This document shows, piece after piece, positions 1-9,285 of a stretch of 59,809 nt of DNA. This stretch comes from a virus. Its lineage: Duplodnaviria; Caudoviricetes. The DNA is taken from positions 1 to 59,809 of IMG/VR virus record IMGVR_UViG_3300039307_000389; one strand, written 5' to 3'. The translations under genes were made by a program, and so were the position numbers. The stretch's first letter is position 1; every line of letters starts with the position of its first letter. The notes under the pieces are model-generated. The model was not told the origin of the DNA and did not search any database. It saw nothing but the letters and a program-made list of their open reading frames with translations.

Positions 1-1233
1 TTATTGCACCTGTCCCTTGTGTTGCGGTTCGATGGCGGCCGTTGCCCGGCTCTGCCTCTGGTATTCTTCCCACTTCCGCACCGCTTCATCGTCTTGGCCG
101 TGTATCGCATGGGCGTAAACGTCCGCGGTCACACGCACCGAAGAATGGCCCAACCGTGCGGATACCGCCGGCAGGGGAACCCCTTGTGCGAGCATGTGCG
201 ATCCGTGGCTGTGGCGGAGAAGGTGTAGCGCGGCGCCCTTCGGCTTGGCGATCTTCAAGCGCTTGAACAGGGCGGAAACCGTTGCGGAAACGGAATCCGG
301 TCGCAAGGGCGTTCCGTCCGTGTTCGCAAAGATAAGGTCCAGATCGGCCCGGTAGTCGCTGCCGAACTTTGCCCTGAACTCGCCCTGCGCCTTCCGGTGA
401 ACTTCGAGCGCCGCCAGGGCCTCCTCTGGCAATCCAAGCACCCGGATTTCTTCCGTCTTCGTGCTCTTGAACTCCAGGCCGCCCTTCGTTTGGCAGAGAG
501 AACGCCCGATCACGGCCCGGCCGTCTTCCACATCCGACCATCGCAACGCCAGCACCTCGCCGCGGCGCGCCCCGAGCGCGGCATCCATCGCCAAGAACGT
601 CGAGAGACACCATGGACCGCTCGCCGCCTCGATTAGAAGATCCTGCTGGGCAGTCGTCAGGGCGATTCCCCGCCGCTTCTTCGGAATCGGCGGCTCGCTC
701 GCGGTTACCGGATTCACAAGCACCAATCCCCACTTAACCGCGCGGCCGAAAGCGGAGGAAACCACACCCGCGATATTCCGCACCGTCTTAGCACTCATCG
801 GCCGTGGAGCCTTTTTACGTGAGTGTCCGCCCGAGGTAAGGAGCCGCTTCCATTCTCGGTTAAGGTGTAACGGCGTGATTTGGTCCAGCCGCATCGCCAC
901 CAGCTCGGGAGCCAGGTACGTCGCGCACTCCCTATAGCGCTCGATGGTCTTTGGCGCAAGGTTCTCTTCGGCGTGTTGCTTGAAGAACTCCACAAGTAGC
1001 GTAGCCAGCGTCTTGGGAATTTCCTCCGCAACCTTCACCCCGCCGGCCAGTTCCAGTTCGTACTTCTTTTGCTCATCGGTACGGCGCGCGGCTTCGGCGT
1101 CCTGCGCAGCTTTCTTTGTGGCGAATCCAGACGCCGTGCATTGCCTCCGGTCCTCTCGGGTAGCTCCGGGGCCTGAGAAAAGGTAAGACCATACCTCCTC
1201 TCCCGACTTGTACACGCGCTTATAGACCGGCAT
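1..1233 (-). CDS. int: Tyrosine recombinase / phage integrase
   Basis: Catalytic motifs GARRGE (R), HLLRH (HxxR), RLGH and DVYAH (Y). N-terminal arm-binding-like region (GFATKKAAQDAE). Start taken at ATG 1233 (MPVYKR). Confidence 0.95.
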   Translation of the reverse strand: MPVYKRVYKSGEEVWSYLFSGPGATREDRRQCTASGFATKKAAQDAEAARRTDEQKKYELELAGGVKVAEEIPKTLATLLVEFFKQHAEENLAPKTIERYRECATYLAPELVAMRLDQITPLHLNREWKRLLTSGGHSRKKAPRPMSAKTVRNIAGVVSSAFGRAVKWGLVLVNPVTASEPPIPKKRRGIALTTAQQDLLIEAASGPWCLSTFLAMDAALGARRGEVLALRWSDVEDGRAVIGRSLCQTKGGLEFKSTKTEEIRVLGLPEEALAALEVHRKAQGEFRAKFGSDYRADLDLIFANTDGTPLRPDSVSATVSALFKRLKIAKPKGAALHLLRHSHGSHMLAQGVPLPAVSARLGHSSVRVTADVYAHAIHGQDDEAVRKWEEYQRQSRATAAIEPQHKGQVQ

Positions 1234-1414
1234 CTTTCGTCTCTGTCTTACACGAGGTCCCATCCGCATGGATAGCCAGCCGGGCCAGCGATAGCGAGGC
1301 GCACGGGGCGCCACATCGCCGGCAGGGCGTAGGCTTCGCGGTTCGTCCGCCGCGTTTATGCTTGCGAGCGTCGGCCATCCGCGCCGCCTCCTCGGGTGTT
1401 AGGGTCCGTGTCAC
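1220..1414 (-). CDS. Small basic CxxC protein, paralog of 44574..44834
   Basis: GTG start 8 nt after a TTGACG-17-TATGGT promoter. Contains GGRTAKPTPCRRCGAP. Its end overlaps the integrase start. Confidence 0.6.
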   Translation of the reverse strand: MTRTLTPEEAARMADARKHKRGGRTAKPTPCRRCGAPCASLSLARLAIHADGTSCKTETKDAGL

Positions 1415-1422
1415 TAAACCTA

Positions 1423-1452
1423 ACCATAGCAGTTTACGCAAACAGCGTCAAG
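1423..1452 (-). promoter_or_regulatory. Sigma70-type promoter for the small CxxC gene and int (probably leaderless)
   Basis: Minus strand reads TTGACG-ctgtttgcgtaaactgc(17)-TATGGT, with TG just before the -10. Confidence 0.65.
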
Positions 1453-1479
1453 CACTTTATTTCCAGCGTTTGCAGAGGT

Positions 1480-1692
1480 TTATTGGGTGGTTGTCGGTAG
1501 GGGGACGCACGTAACGCGCGGGGCGCCCGCTCCGCAGGTTCGCTCCCAGGCTTCGTACGCCTGGCGGGTAACGAGCCAGCGCTTCCCTACCCGGATTCCA
1601 GGGAGAACGCCCTGCTCCAGCATTGCGTACACGGACATCTTCCCAACGGAGAGCCGCTTCGCAATTTCCGCCACTGAAAGACGGTTACCCAT
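1480..1692 (-). CDS. xis: Excisionase-like HTH_17 DNA-binding protein
   Basis: LSVAEIAKRLSVGKMSVYAML...GIRVGKRWLV, next to the integrase. Confidence 0.85.
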   Translation of the reverse strand: MGNRLSVAEIAKRLSVGKMSVYAMLEQGVLPGIRVGKRWLVTRQAYEAWERTCGAGAPRVTCVPLPTTTQ

Positions 1693-1978
1693 TCGGCCCT
1701 CCCTTCGCTCCCGTCACGTGCCGGCGGAGATCATCGATGCTGCACATTCCCGACGCGAATAGCACGCCCTGAATAAACCCCAGCCAGCGGTTCACCTTGG
1801 GAACGTCTTCCATGCGCTCCATCTCGTCAAACATCCAGCGCAAGTGCCGGAGTCTTTCCGTGCAGTTCAGAAGATCGCCCGGTTCCCCTCCGTCCGCTTT
1901 CTCCGCAATTCCCGGAGGGATAGCGCGCCTGTAGAACTCGATCAACCTTCTCGCCGCTTCCAATTCGCCTCCCGTCAT
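1685..1978 (-). CDS. Hypothetical phage protein
   Basis: Overlap-coupled to both neighbours; contains KVNRWLGFIQGVL. Confidence 0.65.
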   Translation of the reverse strand: MTGGELEAARRLIEFYRRAIPPGIAEKADGGEPGDLLNCTERLRHLRWMFDEMERMEDVPKVNRWLGFIQGVLFASGMCSIDDLRRHVTGAKGGPNG

Positions 1979-2808
1979 CTCCGATCCCCCCTGAAGTCTG
2001 CCCCTACGATCATCGGGCGCGCCCAGCGCCTCTGGAATGTGCTCCAAGCTCGGCTCGCCTTCCCTGCGTTGTCACGCCAGAGCATAGCCATTGGCATAAC
2101 GCCAATCGAAAGCACGCGCCGCATTCGCCCCTCCGCGTCCTCCATCGTGTCCTTTGGATAGCCGCACAGCACGTAGCACCTGGCCACATGGGAGGTCTTC
2201 GTGAACCCGGCCCTCCAACACAACTCCGCCGCCTCTTCCAGTGGCTCCCAATCATCCGGCGTATCGAACGCGAAAAAGAACTGCTTGGGTGTCACTGAAC
2301 GCAACGCCTCGGCGGTCCACTTCTCAAACCTCGCCGCCTCCAGACCGCCCGTGAACTCCGGCCGGCGTTTCTGTTCTCGGAGCATGGCGAGCACATCGCA
2401 GATATGCTTCTGCGAACACGCCAATAGGTTGTCGTCAAGAACGTTCCAGCCCTCCGCAATTGGAAGCTCGCGCACGGAACCGCCCTCGCGTTTCCATACA
2501 GAGCAGAACCAGCAACGGTTTGGACATCCGCGAGACGTAATCACGTAGCCGCGCCTGAGGAACATTCCCGGCGTGAAAGCATCCCCTGCAGTTCCAGTAG
2601 CCGGCCCTCCGAGAGTCACCGGAGCAACCCGTTCCCACTGCATCTCCAGGTCCCTCGCGGCCGGAAGATCCCACGAGAACGTCACGCTGATTTGGACCGC
2701 CTCCACATCTGGCGGAAAGAGCCCCGGAGGTCCAGTGAAGGCCAGCGCATCATCGGGGGTAGCGCGGGTACGCCGCGGGAACACGCGAGCTATCGCCACG
2801 TCTTCCAC
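1975..2808 (-). CDS. Radical SAM protein
   Basis: CxxxCxxC motif in TSRGCPNRCWFC, plus LDDNLL and RCYVLCGY. Confidence 0.85.
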   Translation of the reverse strand: MEDVAIARVFPRRTRATPDDALAFTGPPGLFPPDVEAVQISVTFSWDLPAARDLEMQWERVAPVTLGGPATGTAGDAFTPGMFLRRGYVITSRGCPNRCWFCSVWKREGGSVRELPIAEGWNVLDDNLLACSQKHICDVLAMLREQKRRPEFTGGLEAARFEKWTAEALRSVTPKQFFFAFDTPDDWEPLEEAAELCWRAGFTKTSHVARCYVLCGYPKDTMEDAEGRMRRVLSIGVMPMAMLWRDNAGKASRAWSTFQRRWARPMIVGADFRGDRR

Positions 2809-3134
2809 TCATCGAGCAGGCGTGCGTAACTCTTGCCGGGTCCGTATGGGACGTTTCGCGCGACTACGACTTTCTTTGCCATCGCGAACGCCATTCCCAT
2901 ATCAAAATGGGTTCCCTGGCTGTCGGGGCTGTAGAACACGTGTACTTCATCGGAGTTCTTCATTGCCCAGTAGTTCTGGCAAGTGATCTCAGCCGCCCCG
3001 GCCGTCTGATCGGTGTCCCGTGGGGGATAGTGAACCACATTACCGGCGCACTCCAGGAATGTGACGTAATCGGCTTGCGCACGCAGCAGTTCGGCATCCG
3101 CTCCGCGAACGGAGCAAATCAGGAAGATCCGCAT
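2790..3134 (-). CDS. Nucleoside 2-deoxyribosyltransferase-like (NDT superfamily) protein
   Basis: IFLICSV...VHYP...SDEVHVFY...SQGTHFDMGMAFAMAKKV follows the NDT pattern, with D in place of the usual catalytic E. Confidence 0.7.
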   Translation of the reverse strand: MRIFLICSVRGADAELLRAQADYVTFLECAGNVVHYPPRDTDQTAGAAEITCQNYWAMKNSDEVHVFYSPDSQGTHFDMGMAFAMAKKVVVARNVPYGPGKSYARLLDEWKTWR

Positions 3135-3141
3135 TCTCTCC

Positions 3142-3390
3142 TCACTCAAACAGGTTCGTTTGCTCCACCGCCACGCCAAGACCGAAGCGGAGCGTCATTC
3201 CCCTGCGGGCTTCGTACTCCCGCGCCCACTGCTCCGCATGTTCGGCCGTGTTGGCGATAGCCGCCCGCTCGCCCTTCGCGTGGTTCCTTCCACCGCAGAC
3301 GCAATCGCAGAGTGGATGCTTGGCGTCGTAGCAGCGCGCGTCACAACTCCCCACGCACCCCTCGGAGTCGTAAACGCTTATCAGAGTCAC
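3142..3390 (-). CDS. Small Cys-rich hypothetical protein
   Basis: CDARCYDA...CDCVCGGRNH; C-terminal QTNLF. Confidence 0.65.
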   Translation of the reverse strand: MTLISVYDSEGCVGSCDARCYDAKHPLCDCVCGGRNHAKGERAAIANTAEHAEQWAREYEARRGMTLRFGLGVAVEQTNLFE

Positions 3391-3391
3391 G

Positions 3392-4735
3392 TCAACCCTC
3401 CGGTTCGCTGCCCATCGCGCGCTCTTCAAAGCGCACAATCTCATTGATCCAAACGAGCGGGATAACGCCCTCCGGACCCGCGCGCTGCTTGGCGACTATG
3501 AGATCGGCCAGGCCGCGCAAATCCTCACGGTCCCGCTTGTAGACCTCCTCGCGAAACAGGAACGCGACCAAATCTGCGTCTTGCTCCAAACTTCCGCTTT
3601 CACGAAGGTCGGACAGTTGCGGCCGTGGATCGGGTCGCTTGTCGCACTCGCGCGAGAGCTGAGCGAGAGCCCACACCGGGACCTTGCAGTCCTTCGCGAT
3701 GAGCTTCATGTCCCGAGATATCTTGGACGCCTCGGCCACGCGATGCTCAACTCGCCCGTCGATCAGCAATTGCAGGTAGTCGATGATTACTAGACCTACC
3801 GGGCGCTTCACTTGCTGCTGGCGAATCTTCGCGTGGATCTCATGCAGGTTGGTGGTTGCCTTGTCATCGATCAGTATCCGGTCGCTTTCGAGGATGGCCG
3901 TCGCCGCGGTAGCAATCCGCCCCCGCTCCTCCTTGTCAAGAAACCCTCCGTCGAAGCGCTTGGTATTCACGCGCGCCCGCGAACAAATCAGACGGTCGAG
4001 CAACGAGGCGCGGTCCATCTCAAGGGAGAAGATCAGCGTCAGCGCATCCCCGTCTACAGAGACTTTCTCCGCAACGTTCAAGGCGAATGCCGTCTTCCCC
4101 ATTCGCGGTCTTGCCCCGAGAATATAGAAGGCTCCCGGCTTGAATCCGCCCATCATCACGTCCAGGGCGCCGAACTTACTCAGTAGTCCCTTGGTTCGAT
4201 TGCGCCGGTCAAGATAGGCCGATATTCCGCCGGCCTGCTCAACGATCTCAGCAGCCCCGAGAAGCGTAGACTCCTGGCCGCGCTCGGCGAGTCGTAACCA
4301 CGTCTCGCCGGCCCCCGCGAGAACTTCCGCCGCAAGCTCCTCGCCTGAGATACATCGGTTCTGGAGGTGTTGGCAGGCAAAGATGATCCTGCGAAGCGTG
4401 GACTTATCGAGTACGATCCGAATGTAGCTGTCGATGTTGGCGATGCGCGGCAGGCCTTCGTCCAATGAAACCAGGTAGCTGAGCCCGTCACAGGACTCCA
4501 GTTCCCCGCACTTCATCAACTCATTGGCGACGGTCACCCGGTCAATGTTTTCGCCGCGGCTCTGGAGATCCCCCATCCGCTTGAAGATGCGGCGGTGTTT
4601 CTCCAGGCTGAAATCTTCGGCAGCGAGCGCGCCGGCGGCCTGAACGTAGAAGCTTCCGTCCAGCACGATGGAGCCAAGTATGAATCGCTCCGCGTCTACG
4701 TTACTCGGCAGCCCCTTATCGAGATTTGCACTCAC
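3392..4735 (-). CDS. dnaB: Replicative DNA helicase
   Basis: Walker A GARPRMGKT, FSLEM, IIDYLQL, LAQLSR, SDLRESGSLEQDAD, KQRAG. Confidence 0.97.
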   Translation of the reverse strand: MSANLDKGLPSNVDAERFILGSIVLDGSFYVQAAGALAAEDFSLEKHRRIFKRMGDLQSRGENIDRVTVANELMKCGELESCDGLSYLVSLDEGLPRIANIDSYIRIVLDKSTLRRIIFACQHLQNRCISGEELAAEVLAGAGETWLRLAERGQESTLLGAAEIVEQAGGISAYLDRRNRTKGLLSKFGALDVMMGGFKPGAFYILGARPRMGKTAFALNVAEKVSVDGDALTLIFSLEMDRASLLDRLICSRARVNTKRFDGGFLDKEERGRIATAATAILESDRILIDDKATTNLHEIHAKIRQQQVKRPVGLVIIDYLQLLIDGRVEHRVAEASKISRDMKLIAKDCKVPVWALAQLSRECDKRPDPRPQLSDLRESGSLEQDADLVAFLFREEVYKRDREDLRGLADLIVAKQRAGPEGVIPLVWINEIVRFEERAMGSEPEG

Positions 4736-5460
4736 CCCTTGCCCCCGGTGATGGACTTCGGATCAAAGTAGACGGTCTTTTTCTTGGCGGCCGGAGCGGT
4801 GCGCAAGTGGTCCTTGTACGTCCCGGCGCTGATGAAGTTCGACGCCTTGGGAACAAACCGGCCTTCATCCTTTACCCAGTCCGCACACACTACCGCCGCC
4901 CTGAGTCCGGCGACAATATCTGCGGCTTCCTCCTCGCGCGAGATGAACGCCCGGCAGGCGTTCTCTTCATCCAGCCGGTGAGTAGGGTACAGACCCTTGA
5001 ACTCTTCCCAGAGCGGCATTATGTCTACGCGCTCACGCGCAGGTTGAGTAGCGGTCAACTCGGAAGTCGGGCTTAACTCGACTGGCAAGTCTCCCTGCTT
5101 CCGTGCGTTTCGGCGCGCGGCTGATGTCGTTCCCCCCTTGCTGTTTCCTTTGATCCTGGCCAGCGCCTTTACTCGCTCGCTTTCCACCCGCGACTGGATC
5201 AACTCGCCGGGCTTGTCGGGATGCTCCACGTAGCAGGGCGACAGGGCCTTCCAAATTCGTTCCATCGTCTTCCGGCTGCGCACGTGCAGCAGGCGCGCGA
5301 GTACCCGCAGATCCGATGGAACGCTCCCGTTCATCCACTGGACGCCTATGAGCCTCCAATACGCGCCCAGTTCATCCAACTCCATCGCCTGGACGTTCAG
5401 GTCGGCAAAGAACTCGTAGACGTACAGCGACATCCATTCCGGAACATCTTGCTGACTCAC
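4732..5460 (-). CDS. DUF1376/YdaU-like replication initiator
   Basis: N-terminal WMSLYVYEFFAD...ELGAYWRLIGVQW; C-terminal WEEFKGLYP...FVPKASNFI; directly upstream of dnaB. Confidence 0.75.
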   Translation of the reverse strand: MSQQDVPEWMSLYVYEFFADLNVQAMELDELGAYWRLIGVQWMNGSVPSDLRVLARLLHVRSRKTMERIWKALSPCYVEHPDKPGELIQSRVESERVKALARIKGNSKGGTTSAARRNARKQGDLPVELSPTSELTATQPARERVDIMPLWEEFKGLYPTHRLDEENACRAFISREEEAADIVAGLRAAVVCADWVKDEGRFVPKASNFISAGTYKDHLRTAPAAKKKTVYFDPKSITGGKG

Positions 5461-6347
5461 CGCGCCCCCCATTTCGGAATGCCCGTATTCCGCAACCCGT
5501 CCAATATCGGTAACGGGACCATCCGGCCGCCTACGTTGTCCTGTTTGTCGAAGAACGGGACTTGCGCTGCCCGACAGTCGTCGCGCAACCTTCGTACCCA
5601 TTCCCTGTCGCGGCGGCGCGCTCCGGGGCCTGATTCCGCGCCAGTAACTACCCCGGCGAGCTTCGGCACGTTGTCTCCGAGAGCTGCGCTGGATACCGCA
5701 TCCAGGCTGTTACTGTTCAGAATCTCGTGTACGCCTTTGAGTACGTCCCATGAACACTCGCAGTCCTCGTCTTGATAGCGCACGTCGGTCAGATCAACCG
5801 GACCCAGTAGAGGCTCCAGGCTTGCCCACTGCACAGAGGCTCCGGGGATTCGTAGCAGGTACACGATCCGCCTGAGCGTCTCAGGCCCGGTCACGGTCAC
5901 ACCCGGCCACACATTCAGAGGGATCGGGTGTCGCTCGAAGTATTCCAGCATCCTGCGCCCGCGCTTCGTCAGCAGCAGGTAGATGTGCGGCGATTCCGCC
6001 ATCACAGGCAGCGCCGGCGTGAGCCACGCCTCCGGGTCGATAGACTCAGTGAACGGGTCCGACAGGTCGCACGTAAAGATGACGCGCGGATACCCGTCAA
6101 GCCACGGCTTATCCGGTCGCTTCGTCCCGGTTAGGTCCGGCCACTTGATAGCCTTCGCTAAGCGCCCCCGGATGATCGTAGGGGTATCGAACGACGGCGG
6201 CCAACCCGGCAACCCCGCGTAGCGCCCCACAAGGCCGGCGGCATAGCAATGGTTCGGCTCTCCCTTCCGATGTAGCTCGCAGCCATCGCACCCCACGACC
6301 TCATTGACCGTCGAGTCACAGTACGGTATCTCCGTTTTGATCCCCAC
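5457..6347 (-). CDS. Phage Gp37/Gp68 (DUF5131) family protein
   Basis: TEIPYCDSTVN..VGC...CYA, IFTCDLSDPF, LLTKR, SLEPLL, GAESG. Confidence 0.9.
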   Translation of the reverse strand: MGIKTEIPYCDSTVNEVVGCDGCELHRKGEPNHCYAAGLVGRYAGLPGWPPSFDTPTIIRGRLAKAIKWPDLTGTKRPDKPWLDGYPRVIFTCDLSDPFTESIDPEAWLTPALPVMAESPHIYLLLTKRGRRMLEYFERHPIPLNVWPGVTVTGPETLRRIVYLLRIPGASVQWASLEPLLGPVDLTDVRYQDEDCECSWDVLKGVHEILNSNSLDAVSSAALGDNVPKLAGVVTGAESGPGARRRDREWVRRLRDDCRAAQVPFFDKQDNVGGRMVPLPILDGLRNTGIPKWGAR

Positions 6348-6657
6348 TCACAGCCTCCCAGATCGTAGCCGCGCGCCCGCTCGTGGTTTGTCGCGTCCGC
6401 CCCGAGTCGCGTACCTTCCCCGCCTTTACCAACTCCACCCGCCGAGCCCGCGCCGTCCCTGGCGGTTTGATCTTCAACACCGCCTGGATCTCTTCGTCGG
6501 TCATCCCAGCGACCTTACGCGAGAGAAGCGCCAATACCTGGGATCGGTGCGTGACCGCCCGCGGAGCCGCGGCTTCGGCCGCGCTCTTGGATGTTGCCGA
6601 GTGCGGCTGATAGGGCAGCGAGTCCGGAACATCGAACATGGAGAGTTGTCCGTCCAT
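6316..6657 (-). CDS. Winged-HTH hypothetical protein
   Basis: GMTDEEIQ...TARARRVELVKAG...SGRAATIW; N-terminal QLSMF. Confidence 0.75.
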   Translation of the reverse strand: MDGQLSMFDVPDSLPYQPHSATSKSAAEAAAPRAVTHRSQVLALLSRKVAGMTDEEIQAVLKIKPPGTARARRVELVKAGKVRDSGRTRQTTSGRAATIWEAVSGDQNGDTVL

Positions 6658-6662
6658 CGCGT

Positions 6663-7049
6663 TTACCTCGTGATTGTGACCTTGCCCTTGACCAGATACT
6701 CTGTCGCCGCCTTAGTGAGCCAGAATCCCCGCGTGGAAAGATCGCGCAACTTTCCCCTGATCTTGTCCGACAGCCTATCGAGGCCATCGGCGTCTCGCGC
6801 TTTCACGAGTGCGGGAACCTGTTTCCAGCAGGCCCGGATCTCGGCTTCGATGGCCCGCTTTTCCGCCGGCGTGTTCAGATCCCGCTCCTCTACCAGACCC
6901 AGCGCCAGGAACTCCGCCTTGAGCTTGTAGTCGAGGTGCCGATCCCGGCCGCCGTTGTTCGACATCGCCAGTAAGGTGAACCTCTGGTTAGAGGTCAACT
7001 TGACTTGCTTCACGATTTCGACCTTCCCTGTCCGAACTTCCGTCTTCAT
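6663..7049 (-). CDS. Hypothetical protein
   Basis: 128 aa ORF with a GGAGG-like RBS, within the operon. Confidence 0.65.
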   Translation of the reverse strand: MKTEVRTGKVEIVKQVKLTSNQRFTLLAMSNNGGRDRHLDYKLKAEFLALGLVEERDLNTPAEKRAIEAEIRACWKQVPALVKARDADGLDRLSDKIRGKLRDLSTRGFWLTKAATEYLVKGKVTITR

Positions 7050-7061
7050 GCAATCCCTCCG

Positions 7062-7382
7062 TTATCCCTGCGCTCCGCCACATACCGGGCAAGTAGTTCC
7101 CGGAAAGTAATCATTGTGGTTTTCGCGCGGACATGCGCACCGTTTGTCCGCCGCATTCGGACTGATATCCACCAGGAACCGGATCGCCATGGCCGCCACC
7201 TGGACCGCCTCTTTCCGCATGAGGTCCGCATCGTGATGGCGCTTCCACACTTCCGCCTTCAGTTCGTCCATCTCTTCGAGGATCACCGCGTAACCCTCGT
7301 GAGCCGAGTTGAACTTCGGGTGCAATACCCGTGCGCGGGTAACCTCGCGCACAACCTCATCCACAACCCCTTGCAGCGTCAT
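7062..7382 (-). CDS. MazG-like nucleotide pyrophosphohydrolase-fold protein
   Basis: HEGYAVILEEMDEL...RKEAVQVAAMAIRF (EExxE...E pattern). Confidence 0.65.
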   Translation of the reverse strand: MTLQGVVDEVVREVTRARVLHPKFNSAHEGYAVILEEMDELKAEVWKRHHDADLMRKEAVQVAAMAIRFLVDISPNAADKRCACPRENHNDYFPGTTCPVCGGAQG

Positions 7383-7618
7383 AGTCCCCGTGCCCTCCTG
7401 TTTTGCACCTCGCGCATCAGCTCCTCCGCAAGCCAGTACTCCGGGCGCGGGCCGTGTTGCGCCCAATACGGCGTGCAGGACTCTCGCAGCGCGTCAGCGC
7501 GCGCCGCCAGGAGCGCGGTAACCACGCGCTCGCTTTTCACGATGGGATCTCCGCACACACCCAGGTAGAGTCCGTGCGCCGTATCCCTGCACTTCGCCAA
7601 CTCGCCGGCCACGTCCAT
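7379..7618 (-). CDS. Hypothetical protein
   Basis: 79 aa ORF with RBS, overlapping the next gene. Confidence 0.5.
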   Translation of the reverse strand: MDVAGELAKCRDTAHGLYLGVCGDPIVKSERVVTALLAARADALRESCTPYWAQHGPRPEYWLAEELMREVQNRRARGL

Positions 7619-7630
7619 GCCAGTCCCCCT

Positions 7631-7747
7631 TCAGTTCCAACTCACGCGGACACCCGCAAAGACATCCGGCGCTATCTCATAACAGAAGCGCCAAAGCGAT
7701 GGGATCTCCGCGCATTTCTGGCTCTTGATGTAGCGCCAATAGAACAT
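7631..7747 (-). CDS. Small hypothetical protein (38 aa, MFYWRYIK...)
   Basis: Read by hand; GAGG RBS; fills the gap after dnaN. Confidence 0.4.
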   Translation of the reverse strand: MFYWRYIKSQKCAEIPSLWRFCYEIAPDVFAGVRVSWN

Positions 7748-7753
7748 CGCGCC

Positions 7754-8842
7754 TCAGATCCTCATTGGCATTACGACGTAGCGGTACTGCTCGCTGGCCG
7801 CCGGCCGAAACTCCGCCGCCGACTTGCCGTCGTTCAGGTGGAGCGATATCGCCTCCGTATCGACCACCGAGAGGAACTCGGCGAGGTACGCAGCGTTCAG
7901 GCCCATCTCCAGGACCGCCCCCACGTAGTCGCACTGCACCGTCTCCACGCTCTCGCCGGATTCCACGGACGATGCGGAAATCTCCAGGCCGCCGGCGTTG
8001 AGCGCGAGCTTGACCGAATGGGACCGCTCATCGGCGAACTGGGCCACGCGCGACAGCGCCGCGGCGAGATCCGCGCGATTGATAGAGACAACGATCTTCG
8101 CGTCCTTCGGAAGCACGCGCTCATAGTCGGGGAAGTTCCCCGTCAGTTTGCGCGTGGTCAGGAGAGCCTCGCCGGATCGGAAGAACAGGTGATTGTCATC
8201 CTGCCCGATGGCGAACGCCTCAGCGCCCGTTGTCAGTTGGGACAGGTTGCGGATCGCCGAAGACGGCAGTAGAAATCGCGTGTTCTCTTGCCCGGCGAGT
8301 TCCGCGAACACGAACGCCAGGCGGTGGCCATCCGTCGCTACCAAGTGGAGACGGCCGTCGCGGTGGTTGAACAGTGCCCCGTTCAAGGTGAACCGAGACT
8401 CCACCGTCGTGATGGCGAACTTCGCACGGTTTACCAGCGTCATAAACATCGCCGCCGGAACGGTGATCGTGGCTTCCGGTACGGCCGGAGGCTCGGGGAA
8501 CGATTCGGCGGACATGCCCGCGATTCGCGTCCTGGACCGTCCCGAGGTAATCGAGGTCCAGAAACTATCGCCCACCTTGAAGTTGACATCCCCCTCGGGA
8601 AGCAACCGGCAGTAGGATTCCAGCTTCTTAGCGGGAATGGTGGTCACTCCCGGAGCCGCAACCTTTGCCGGAATGCGGACAGTGAGCGCCGCCTCCAGAT
8701 CCGTGGCCGTGATCGTGAGGAAGTCCCCCTCGGCCTGCAACTTGACGTTCGACAAGATCGGAATCGTAGTGCGCTTCTCCACTACGCGAGAGGCCAGAGC
8801 CAAGGCTTGGCACAACGCGGACTTCGTAACCGAGAACTGCAT
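7754..8842 (-). CDS. dnaN: DNA polymerase III beta sliding clamp
   Basis: TTIPILSN, ATDLE, LVATDGHRLA, FPDYERVLP, C-terminal VVMPMRI; 362 aa from ATG 8842 with GGAGG RBS. Confidence 0.97.
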   Translation of the reverse strand: MQFSVTKSALCQALALASRVVEKRTTIPILSNVKLQAEGDFLTITATDLEAALTVRIPAKVAAPGVTTIPAKKLESYCRLLPEGDVNFKVGDSFWTSITSGRSRTRIAGMSAESFPEPPAVPEATITVPAAMFMTLVNRAKFAITTVESRFTLNGALFNHRDGRLHLVATDGHRLAFVFAELAGQENTRFLLPSSAIRNLSQLTTGAEAFAIGQDDNHLFFRSGEALLTTRKLTGNFPDYERVLPKDAKIVVSINRADLAAALSRVAQFADERSHSVKLALNAGGLEISASSVESGESVETVQCDYVGAVLEMGLNAAYLAEFLSVVDTEAISLHLNDGKSAAEFRPAASEQYRYVVMPMRI

Positions 8843-8928
8843 AAATCCTCCGTGGACAGGGGCCGGATGGACTCCGGTCCTCAGATTATTGACTGCCGTT
8901 ATGGGTTTGGCCGCGGGGCGGCCGAAAG

Positions 8929-9285
8929 TTACTGCGGAATCACTAGCGCCGCACCGGACGGAGCCGACAAGACAACCCAGTAATGCACCTGGATAATCGG
9001 GCGTTCCCCGATCTCCTGCCCGGTGAATGTGAGAGCCGAACCGCAGAGGGTGTAGTCCGTGCCCTTCAGCATCAGGAGCCCGTTCACAAACACCATTGGG
9101 TCTGTGTTCGCCGCAGGAGAATGGGTCAATGTGTACTGCTGGCCCTGCTCCTGGAAGACATCCAGTTGCGGAGTCAACGTGACGGCCTGCGTAAGCACGA
9201 CCGGGAACTGCCCGTGGGCAGGAACGAAGCATAGGAACACGCACAGCAGCGCAAGCCCTAGAACGTACTTTGCAGCCGATCTCAT
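8929..9285 (-). CDS. Secreted small beta-rich protein
   Basis: Signal peptide (KYVLGLALLCVFLCFVPAHG-Q); VFVNGLLMLKGTDYT motif of a kind seen in virion or surface proteins. Confidence 0.7.
   Translation of the reverse strand: MRSAAKYVLGLALLCVFLCFVPAHGQFPVVLTQAVTLTPQLDVFQEQGQQYTLTHSPAANTDPMVFVNGLLMLKGTDYTLCGSALTFTGQEIGERPIIQVHYWVVLSAPSGAALVIPQ

Noticed and set aside
7540-7711. 15 bp direct repeat CGATGGGATCTCCGC (7540 and 7697)
   Set aside because: Only two copies, both within small ORFs, with no supporting context.
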